Assembly: GCA_016180275.1 (NCBI GenBank)
Contig: JACPBN010000005.1
Location: forward strand, 1 to 44,842
Origin: Candidatus Woesearchaeota archaeon
Lineage (GTDB): Archaea > Nanobdellota > Nanobdellia > Woesearchaeales > UBA10200
Direction of reading: 5' to 3'
DNA: 44,842 nucleotides
This document shows, one piece after another, positions 37,765 through 44,842 of this stretch. How positions within the stretch are numbered: the stretch's first letter is position 1; the number at the start of each line of letters is the position of its first letter. The translations under genes were made by a program, and so were the position numbers. The notes below the pieces were generated by a model. It was not told the origin of the DNA. It searched no databases and saw only the letters and a program-made list of their open reading frames with translations.

Positions 37765-38094
37765 ATGACACAAGCTGAAACTGTTAGTCTATCAGATATG
37801 ATGAGCCTAGAATTAAAGGCATTAATAAAATGCGGTATTTACACCAGCAAGAGTGATGTTGTAAGAGATGCCATGAGATGCTTATATACACATCAGCCTA
37901 CCTTAAAACTAAACATTGCCATAGAATTATATAAAGAAGGAGAGGTAAGTATAGGAAAAGCAGCGGAGATTGCAGGCATGAGCACTGTTGATTTTAAAGA
38001 AATACTTGCAGAAAGAGGCCTAGTTAAAGATATCACCTTATCAAAAGAAAGAGTTAAAAAAGGATTAGAGCTTCTTAAGAGGATTAGAAGGTAA
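37765..38094 (+). CDS. UPF0175-family putative antitoxin
   Basis: 109 aa. EVSIGKAAEIAGMSTVDFKEILAERG is the UPF0175 signature region. SD is GGAGGA. Confidence 0.7.
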   Translation: MTQAETVSLSDMMSLELKALIKCGIYTSKSDVVRDAMRCLYTHQPTLKLNIAIELYKEGEVSIGKAAEIAGMSTVDFKEILAERGLVKDITLSKERVKKGLELLKRIRR

Positions 38095-38100
38095 AAGATA

Positions 38101-38583
38101 ATGGGCTTAATATTTGATACAGATATCCTTAGTACATTTGCAAAGATAAATAGATTATATTTATTCTCAGAGCTATTTAGAGGGAATGAATTATTAATAC
38201 CTAATTCAGTAGTACAGGACTTAAAAGGAAGCAAGATAAACTTAGCTGATGTTGTGCTGAACTCAAACATATTCAAAGTTTGTGAGATAAGTAAGGATGA
38301 ATCAATATTAGTTGAAGAGATAAACTCTCAAAAGAATTTAGGAAGAGGGGAAGTTGAGTGCATAGCTATCTGTAAAAGCAGAAACTGTTTATTTGTAAGC
38401 AATGATTATCGAGCAAAAAAATGTGCAGAAGCTTTTAATATAGAGGTTTTTGATCTTGAGTCAATACTTTCTATGCTTAAGGAGATACTGACAGATGAAG
38501 AGCTGAATGATATAATAAAGTTAATTGAATCCAAAGATAAAGTCAAGATTAGAAATAAGGAATTATTATTTCAGAAATATTAA
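38101..38583 (+). CDS. PIN-like nuclease domain protein (DUF3368-like), putative toxin
   Basis: 160 aa with N-terminal LIFDTDILSTF (PIN Asp), LGRGEVECIAI and VSNDYRAKK. It is the canonical partner of UPF0175 genes. Confidence 0.7.
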   Translation: MGLIFDTDILSTFAKINRLYLFSELFRGNELLIPNSVVQDLKGSKINLADVVLNSNIFKVCEISKDESILVEEINSQKNLGRGEVECIAICKSRNCLFVSNDYRAKKCAEAFNIEVFDLESILSMLKEILTDEELNDIIKLIESKDKVKIRNKELLFQKY

Positions 38584-38595
38584 ATTACTAATAAA

Positions 38596-39102
38596 ATGAA
38601 CATTGCACTGATAGGATACAGAGGAACTGGAAAGACAACAGTGAGCAAATTGCTGGCAGATGAGCTAGGCTTCAAATTGCTAAGTACAGATGCTTTGATA
38701 GTTGAGCATGCTGATGCAAGCATTCCAGAGATTGTCAAGAAGCACGGATGGGAGAAGTTTAGAGAGATTGAGAAAGAAGTGATTTCAGAAATAGCTGAAT
38801 TTGATGATTGTGTATTTGACTGCGGCGGCGGAATAGTAGAGAATTGGGATAATATTGTTGCATTAAAGAAGAATCGCTCAACAAAGATTGTTTTATTGGA
38901 AGCAAATATTAATACAATTGCTGAGAGGATACAGGAAAGTGATCGCCCATCATTGACAAGCAAAAGCATAATCGAAGAAATACAAGAAGTATTAAATAAG
39001 CGCAGAAAATTGTATGAAAAAGCAGGAGATATAAAGATAGATACAAGCAAGATCAGCCCAATAGAGATTGTTAAGAATATTAGAAAGAAGTTAAAGATTT
39101 GA
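38596..39102 (+). CDS. aroK: Shikimate kinase, P-loop AroK/AroL type
   Basis: 168 aa with IALIGYRGTGKTTVSKLLADELG (Walker A), STD and CGGGIV. This is not the GHMP-type archaeal shikimate kinase. Confidence 0.85.
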   Translation: MNIALIGYRGTGKTTVSKLLADELGFKLLSTDALIVEHADASIPEIVKKHGWEKFREIEKEVISEIAEFDDCVFDCGGGIVENWDNIVALKKNRSTKIVLLEANINTIAERIQESDRPSLTSKSIIEEIQEVLNKRRKLYEKAGDIKIDTSKISPIEIVKNIRKKLKI

Positions 39103-39153
39103 AGAATAATTAATAGTGTAATAAATCAATTAAAAATAAAGTGATGCAAGAAA

Positions 39154-40218
39154 ATGAGCTCAACATTCGGTAGATATTTTCGCGTAACAACATTTGGAGA
39201 AAGCCATGGCAAGGCAGTCGGGTGTGTAATTGACGGAGTCAAGCCAGGCATAAAGATAGATGAAACTTTTATTCAGAGGGAATTAGATAAAAGAAAGCCT
39301 GGGCAGAGCAAAGTAACCACACAAAGAAAAGAGCCAGACAAATTTGAGATACTTTCTGGAGTGTTTGAAGGCAAGACAACTGGGCATCCAATCTGTATAG
39401 TTATCTGGAACAAGGACGCAAATCCTAAGCATTATGATAACATTAAAGATCTTTTCAGGCCAGGGCATGCTGATTTTACATTCTTCAAGAAGTATGGGAT
39501 AAGGGATTACAGAGGAGGAGGAAGGCAGAGTGCAAGAGAGACAGCTGCAAGAGTAGCTGCAGGAGCGATTGCAAAACAGCAGCTGGAGAAATCTGGCATC
39601 AAGATAAAGGCTTATGTCAAACAGGTTGGCTTAATAAAAGTCAAAACAATTGATCTGGATGAAGTTGAGAACAATATTGTAAGAGCTCCTAATTCCAAAG
39701 ATGCAAAAAAGATTGAAGAGCTTATCATGAAAGTCAGAGGAGAAGGAGATTCTGTTGGCGGTATAGTAGAAGTTGTTGCATATGATGTTCCTGCAGGATT
39801 AGGAGATCCGGTTGCAGACAAATTGAATGCAAAATTAGCTGAAGCATTGATGTCTATTCCTGCTGTAAAAGGAGTTGAGATTGGAGAAGGCTTTAATGTT
39901 GTTAACTTGAAAGGCAGCCAGGATAATGATATATTCATAAAAAAAGGAAAAAAGATAATCTGCAAATCCAATCATGCAGGAGGAATTCTCGGTGGTATTT
40001 CGACAGGAATGCCTATTGTAGCAAGAGCTGCATTCAAGCCAGCATCTTCAATCTATAAAGAGCAGGAAACTGTTGATGTAGCTGGCAAGAAAGTTAGCTT
40101 TAAGATTCAAGGACGACATGATCCTGCAATATTTGTCCGCGGAGTAGCAGTAGTTGAGACTATGGTTGCATTAGTGCTGTATGATGCATTACTGGCGAAT
40201 GAGGCGATGAAGAAGTGA
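39154..40218 (+). CDS. aroC: Chorismate synthase
   Basis: TFGESHG, FRPGHADFT, GGGRQSARETAARVAAGA and GRHDPA. Confidence 0.9.
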   Translation: MSSTFGRYFRVTTFGESHGKAVGCVIDGVKPGIKIDETFIQRELDKRKPGQSKVTTQRKEPDKFEILSGVFEGKTTGHPICIVIWNKDANPKHYDNIKDLFRPGHADFTFFKKYGIRDYRGGGRQSARETAARVAAGAIAKQQLEKSGIKIKAYVKQVGLIKVKTIDLDEVENNIVRAPNSKDAKKIEELIMKVRGEGDSVGGIVEVVAYDVPAGLGDPVADKLNAKLAEALMSIPAVKGVEIGEGFNVVNLKGSQDNDIFIKKGKKIICKSNHAGGILGGISTGMPIVARAAFKPASSIYKEQETVDVAGKKVSFKIQGRHDPAIFVRGVAVVETMVALVLYDALLANEAMKK

Positions 40219-40502
40219 AAAATAAAATAGCAGATCTCAAATTTATGAATTCTCAAATTAAAGAATTCAGAATGAAATTATTTTTTATGTTAGCTGTAAT
40301 CTTGAGTTTATCTAGTTCTTATCTAGCCACGTTTATCTTCGAAGAATTGCCCTATTTAAGAAAGGTTTTATTCTGGATCTTCTTATGTGTTTTTATTTAT
40401 GTAAGCTACAAATTAATTTTTAGCATGCGCGAGGATATTATATTGATAAAAGGAACATGGAAGTATGTAAATTCTAAAAAAATTAAGGAAAGAAAAAAAT
40501 AG
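40215..40502 (+). CDS. Small hypothetical membrane protein
   Basis: 95-aa ORF. The GTG start overlaps the aroC stop (GTGA), and alternative ATGs lie further in. Two TM-like helices. Confidence 0.4.
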   Translation: MKNKIADLKFMNSQIKEFRMKLFFMLAVILSLSSSYLATFIFEELPYLRKVLFWIFLCVFIYVSYKLIFSMREDIILIKGTWKYVNSKKIKERKK

Positions 40503-40663
40503 ATTATTTGATTTTCTAGTTAATTTATATCCTACATCTTCCACTAGACATTCTCCTATGGCACTGGACAAACTCAGAAAGAATTTATATATTTGGCTTA
40601 CTTACTGATTTAATTGGGGAGTTAAGCTGTTAAAAGCAGTTCATAAATCAAAGAGGTAGAAAA

Positions 40664-41674
40664 ATGATCCCCCTAACACAAAAAACAGATTATAATTCAT
40701 TAATTTCTCAGATAGGAAATATACTTGAGACAGGAAGAAAACAAGCATATATAGCAATCGATTCTATTCTTGTAAAAACATATTGGGAAATAGGAAAGCA
40801 GATAGTAGATTATGAGCAGCATGGTCAACAAAGGGCAATATATGGTAAAGAGCTTCTAGTACAGATATCAAAAGATCTTAAGCTTAAATATGGTAAAGGC
40901 TTTAGCAGAAGTAATCTCCAATATATGAGGCTAGTTTATCTAAAATATCCAATTTGCCAGACACTGTCTGGCAAATTGAGCTGGAGCCATTATGTTGAGC
41001 TTCTGGGAATAGAAGAGGATACTGCAAGAGCATTCTATGAAAAGCAGTGCATTTACGAAAAATGGAGCGTAAGGGAGCTAAAAAGGCAGATAAATTCAAT
41101 GCTTTTCCACAGGATAGCACTTAGCAAAGATAAGAAAGGAGTTATGGAATTAGCGAGAAATGGGCATATAGTAAGCATGCCAGAAGATGTAATAAGAGAT
41201 CCTTATGTCCTTGAATTCCTTAATATTTCTCAAGATAGCAAATATACAGAAAAAGAACTAGAGCAGAAGATAATAGATAACCTGCAAAAATTCTTGCTAG
41301 AGCTTGGAAAAGGCTTTGCTTTTATTGGAAGGCAGTATAGAATAAGCTTTGGCGGACAGCATTATTATATTGATTTAGTATTTTATAACAGAATTCTAAA
41401 ATGCTTCGTACTTTTCGACCTAAAGATAGGGGCTGCTGACCACTTAGATATAGGGCAGATGAACCTTTATCTTAACTATTTTAAGGATGAGGAGATGCAC
41501 AAGGAAGATAATGAGCCCATCGGAATAATATTGGCTGCTGACAAGAATAATCTTCTTGTAAAATATGCACTTGGCTCAATTTCAAACAAGATGTTTGTAT
41601 CTAAATACAAGCTTTATCTTCCAGATAAGAAAATGCTTGAAGATCAGTTAAGAAAAGCACTTGGAGGCGATTAA
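40664..41674 (+). CDS. YhcG-like PD-(D/E)xK nuclease (DUF1016 family)
   Basis: 336 aa with LSWSHYVELL, RELKRQI and the C-terminal nuclease core YYIDLVFYNRILKCFVLFDLKIG. Confidence 0.75.
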   Translation: MIPLTQKTDYNSLISQIGNILETGRKQAYIAIDSILVKTYWEIGKQIVDYEQHGQQRAIYGKELLVQISKDLKLKYGKGFSRSNLQYMRLVYLKYPICQTLSGKLSWSHYVELLGIEEDTARAFYEKQCIYEKWSVRELKRQINSMLFHRIALSKDKKGVMELARNGHIVSMPEDVIRDPYVLEFLNISQDSKYTEKELEQKIIDNLQKFLLELGKGFAFIGRQYRISFGGQHYYIDLVFYNRILKCFVLFDLKIGAADHLDIGQMNLYLNYFKDEEMHKEDNEPIGIILAADKNNLLVKYALGSISNKMFVSKYKLYLPDKKMLEDQLRKALGGD

Positions 41675-41675
41675 A

Positions 41676-41813
41676 ATGAATAAAGAACCAAAGACAGATA
41701 GCATCTCAGTTGATAAGTTTATAGACCTGATTATAGGCGGAAGAGGAGAACAGATAAAAAAGGATTTAAGAGAGATTGAGAAGAAAAAGCATAATAAGGC
41801 ACATAAATGCTAA
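41676..41813 (+). CDS. Small basic hypothetical protein (45 aa)
   Basis: The ATG lies 1 nt after the DUF1016 stop, with GGAGG (41663-41667) inside the end of the upstream gene. Product is MNKEPKTDSISVDKFIDLIIGGRGEQIKKDLREIEKKKHNKAHKC. Confidence 0.4.
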   Translation: MNKEPKTDSISVDKFIDLIIGGRGEQIKKDLREIEKKKHNKAHKC

Positions 41814-41868
41814 AATATTATAAGTTTTTGATAAAGATTTTTAAACCTTATCAGGTTAGTTACAAAGC

Positions 41869-42342
41869 ATGAACACCCAAAAAGCGACCTTCGCAGCAGG
41901 CTGTTTCTGGCATGTTGAAGAAACATTCAGGAAGATAAAAGGAGTTGTAAAGACACAGGTTGGATATATAGGTGGAAATTTTAAGAATCCTAGCTATGAA
42001 GATGTCTGCTCAGATTCAACAGGACATGCAGAAGCGATTGAGATAGAATTTAATCCAAACTTAGTTTCTTATGATGAGCTGTTAGATGTGTTCTGGAAGT
42101 CGCATAATCCTACAACATTAAACAGGCAAGGATTGGACATTGGCAGCCAGTACAGGAGCGCAATCTTTTATCACAGTGAAGAGCAGAAAAAGAAAGCCAT
42201 TGCTTCAATGCAGGAATCGCAGAAGAAGTTCAGCAATAAGATTGTGACAGAGATAAAGCCTGCAGCAAAATTCTACCATGCAGAGGAGTATCACCAAAGA
42301 TATCTTGAAAAGAAAGGGCTGAAGACTTGCAGGGCATTTTAA
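41869..42342 (+). CDS. msrA: Peptide methionine (S)-sulfoxide reductase MsrA
   Basis: GCFWHVEE active site, GHAEAIEIEF and EEYHQRYL. Confidence 0.9.
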   Translation: MNTQKATFAAGCFWHVEETFRKIKGVVKTQVGYIGGNFKNPSYEDVCSDSTGHAEAIEIEFNPNLVSYDELLDVFWKSHNPTTLNRQGLDIGSQYRSAIFYHSEEQKKKAIASMQESQKKFSNKIVTEIKPAAKFYHAEEYHQRYLEKKGLKTCRAF

Positions 42343-42359
42343 TTATTAAGATATAAAAA

Positions 42360-42758
42360 TCATTTCTCTTTCTTCTTAAACCCAAGCGCAGCAGAATTTA
42401 TGCAGTATCTTTGGCCAGTTGGATTTGGGCCGTCATTGAACACATGCCCCAAATGCCCTTGGCATTTTGCGCAGAGAACTTCTGTCCTTTTCATGAACAA
42501 GCTGTTATCAGATTCTTCTTTCACGCTTTCCTTTTTCATTGGCTTAAAGAAACTAGGCCAGCCTGTTCCTGAATCAAACTTTGCATCTGAGCTGAACAAA
42601 GGCTCTCCGCATCCTGCGCAAATGTAAGTTCCTTTTTCATGATGATTGTAATATTTGCCTGTAAACGCTGCTTCCGTGCCTTTCTCTCTCAATATTTTGT
42701 ATTGCTCTGGTGAGAGGCAGGTTTTCCATTGTTGGTTTGATTTAGGGATAGGTTTCAT
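42360..42758 (-). CDS. msrB: Peptide methionine (R)-sulfoxide reductase MsrB
   Basis: CAGCGEPLF and [12 protein letters not shown] zinc CxxC pairs, GWPSF and RYCINS. Confidence 0.9.
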   Translation of the reverse strand: MKPIPKSNQQWKTCLSPEQYKILREKGTEAAFTGKYYNHHEKGTYICAGCGEPLFSSDAKFDSGTGWPSFFKPMKKESVKEESDNSLFMKRTEVLCAKCQGHLGHVFNDGPNPTGQRYCINSAALGFKKKEK

Positions 42759-42826
42759 ACAACAATAGAAGAAGATATATTTATATAAATGTATATATTT
42801 ATCATAAGAGAAATTGGAGGACTAAC

Positions 42827-43201
42827 ATGGCAACATGCGCAATTTGTAAATCTAATATAGCATTTATGGATAAAAAACATAAGATGCTAGACCATAAAGA
42901 GAATGATATTTTGTATTGCGAGAATTGCTACTCTGAATGGGAAAAGAAGCAAACACAGAAAGCAGAAAAAGAGCGAATAGCTAAACTAGATAAGATATTA
43001 AGTAAAAATAATAGATGGGAGTATCTAGTAAAAAAGGTTAATACTGCATTTGGTGGTTCTATCAAAACAGAAGATAGTGAACTAGACATATTAGGACAAG
43101 AAGGATGGGAACTTGTAGGGATAACTGCAGTTAATCAATCTAATTTTATTGCTGGACAAGTTGTTACTCTTATCATGGTTTTTAAAAGAAAATTAACTTA
43201 A
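42827..43201 (+). CDS. Hypothetical protein, N-terminal zinc-ribbon-like plus C-terminal DUF4177-like domain
   Basis: CAIC...CENC at the N-terminus. The C-terminal WEYLV...LGQEGWELVG pattern is DUF4177-like. SD is GGAGGA. Confidence 0.5.
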   Translation: MATCAICKSNIAFMDKKHKMLDHKENDILYCENCYSEWEKKQTQKAEKERIAKLDKILSKNNRWEYLVKKVNTAFGGSIKTEDSELDILGQEGWELVGITAVNQSNFIAGQVVTLIMVFKRKLT

Positions 43202-43336
43202 AAGAGTTTCATTACTTTCTATAGTTAAGTGATGTTAAGTTAATGCCATGCAAAATAATCACCTTTAAATACAACCTATGCCTTATAATACTTACAATGG
43301 AAAAGAGTGGTTTACCATGGCTATTGTAATTCTGGC

Positions 43337-43426
43337 ATGGTTTTTGTAGTTGATAAACTAAATTCTGACTTAATTAGGCTCTTTTCTGCAAATAAAAGTA
43401 TTTCTGCTTTTAGTTGGCGCTGGTGA
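43337..43426 (+). CDS. Candidate leader ORF MVFVVDKLNSDLIRLFSANKSISAFSWRW
   Basis: 29 codons ending TGG CGC TGG TGA, a GC-rich patch in AT-rich intergenic DNA. T6 runs follow at 43464-43469, 43486-43491 and 43505-43510. It is 200 nt upstream of DAHP synthase paralog 3. No clear SD. Confidence 0.3.
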   Translation: MVFVVDKLNSDLIRLFSANKSISAFSWRW

Positions 43427-43626
43427 AGGTTCTTTCATTGTTTTATATACGACAGATTGCAGGTTTTTTGCAATAAATTAGGTTATTTTTTATTTGAATA
43501 TGGGTTTTTTGATGATAAAGAGTGTATAGGATAATAATAGAGAATAAATAAAAATAAAATAATACGATAAGATAGAGAAAATAAGATAAAAATAATAAAA
43601 TAAAACAACAACGCGAGGTACAAAAA

Positions 43627-44640
43627 ATGATAATCATACTGAAGAAAGAGACAGAGAAGAAAGATATAGACATAATACTGAACAAAATCAAAGAGAACAA
43701 CTTAGAGCCATTGTATCTTCCTGGAATTGAGAAGATAGTCATCGGTGCAATAGGAGATGAAAGGGTTCTTGCAACATTAAACCTAGATGCTTTGCCGTTT
43801 GTTGAAAGGATTTTGCCAGTATTAACTCCATACAAATTAGTCAGTAGGGATTTTAAGCACGAAGATACGATAATAAATGTAAAAGGTGTTAATATTGGAA
43901 AGGAATTTGTTGTTATGGCTGGACCTTGCGCAGTTGAGAACGAGCAGCAATTGACAATAACTGCAAAAAGCGTAAAGAAATCTGGTGCAAATGTTTTAAG
44001 AGGCGGAGCTTACAAACCAAGAAGTTCTCCTTATAGCTTTCAGGGATTAGGAGTGCAAGGATTAAAATTGTTAAAAAAAGTAGGCGATGAGCTTAATCTG
44101 CAAGTCATCACTGAAGTAATTTCTCCAGAAACTGCAGAGACAGTGGCAGAATATGCTGACATTCTGCAGGTTGGCACAAGGAATATGCAGAACTTTGATC
44201 TCTTAAAGAGATTGGGCAAGATAAAAAAGCCTGTATTATTGAAGCGTGGCATGAGCGCAACTGTTGAAGAACTGCTGATGGCAGCTGAATATATCATGTC
44301 AGAAGGCAATCATAATGTAATCTTGTGCGAACGCGGAATAAGGACATTTGAGACTGCAACAAGAAACACATTAGATTTGGGCATTGTTCCATTGTTAAAG
44401 CAAAAGACACATCTTCCTGTTATAGTTGATCCAAGCCATGCAACTGGAATAAGGGCATTAGTTGCTCCGATGGCAAAAGCAGCTTTAGTAGCTGGTGCAG
44501 ATGGCCTGATAATTGAAGTGCATTATAATCCAGAAGCAGCAAAAAGCGATGGCATGCAAAGCTTATATCCTGATCAATTTGATGCTCTGATGCAGAATCT
44601 AAAGATATTAGCTAAAGTGTCTGGCAAGGAGATGAGATAA
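43627..44640 (+). CDS. aroF: DAHP synthase, type I-beta with N-terminal regulatory domain (paralog 3)
   Basis: 337 aa with [26 protein letters not shown] and DPSH. The N-terminal domain MIIILKKETEKKDIDIILNKIKENNLEPLYLPG...IGDE is divergent. SD is GAGGT. Confidence 0.85.
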   Translation: MIIILKKETEKKDIDIILNKIKENNLEPLYLPGIEKIVIGAIGDERVLATLNLDALPFVERILPVLTPYKLVSRDFKHEDTIINVKGVNIGKEFVVMAGPCAVENEQQLTITAKSVKKSGANVLRGGAYKPRSSPYSFQGLGVQGLKLLKKVGDELNLQVITEVISPETAETVAEYADILQVGTRNMQNFDLLKRLGKIKKPVLLKRGMSATVEELLMAAEYIMSEGNHNVILCERGIRTFETATRNTLDLGIVPLLKQKTHLPVIVDPSHATGIRALVAPMAKAALVAGADGLIIEVHYNPEAAKSDGMQSLYPDQFDALMQNLKILAKVSGKEMR

Positions 44641-44842
44641 GAGAGAAGTAGAAGAAAGGTATTTGTTTAGCTATAACAATATAAAAGCGGTGGCGATTGC
44701 CATTTTATGACGAACACATATCAATATTAACAACCGAAGTTGGGACGGGCAATGCCATTTAATTGCAAATTAACTTACACAACACGCAATGTTTTCCTAT
44801 TATCGCATCTAATGTTGCCTGCGTAGAGGAGGAGCAACTCTT

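Noticed and set aside
43530-43626. A long A-rich, nearly C-free tract (AATAA and ATAAAATA iterations) before DAHPS-3.
   Set aside because: It is a low-complexity AT-rich spacer with no regular period or defined repeat unit, probably just a promoter or UTR.
44641-44842. A GC-richer right edge with related motifs GGCGATTGCCATTTTA and GGGCAATGCCATTTAA, a CAAC-CGAA-GTTG mini-hairpin and a GTTGC...GCAAC end.
   Set aside because: It is suggestive of the start of a structured RNA or regulatory region. However, it is truncated by the window end, and it matches no tRNA, rRNA 5' end or RNase P signature I can recognise.

Overview
Visibly AT-rich archaeal chromosome segment. Archaeal hallmarks are Sec61-beta, NAC, PCNA, RadB, uS2, archaeal-type PEP carboxylase, an NFACT protein, intron-containing tRNAs, SRP RNA and a free-standing 5S rRNA. 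Short genes, split and fused genes, and non-canonical tRNA introns hint at a small-genome lineage such as DPANN, but that is inference only. Positions 1-25600 hold mixed-strand housekeeping genes: translation, replication and repair, central carbon metabolism, an ABC-2 exporter with a divergent TrmB regulator, a RelE-like TA pair and an RNA-gene island. Positions 25661-44640 form an almost entirely plus-strand aromatic-amino-acid supercluster. It encodes chorismate mutase, split transketolase, three paralogous DAHP synthases with N-terminal regulatory domains, AroB, an AroD-AroE fusion, a HAD-phosphatase-EPSP-synthase fusion, a P-loop (bacterial-type) AroK and AroC. Two toxin-antitoxin-like pairs abut the next aro gene, and a DUF1016 nuclease / msrA / msrB block also interrupts the cluster. 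The most interesting unexplained signals are candidate cis-regulatory leaders in front of aro transcription units. One is a GC-rich element upstream of aroB with mutually exclusive helices, a Trp-Phe micro-ORF and a hairpin over the SD. Another is a 29-codon ORF ending S-W-R-W-stop, followed by oligo-T runs, upstream of the third DAHP synthase. A third is a Phe/Tyr-rich micro-ORF upstream of the first. Together they suggest leader-peptide-type control of aromatic biosynthesis in an archaeon, which is purely hypothetical from sequence alone. All calls rest on motif recognition by eye; no database search was possible.
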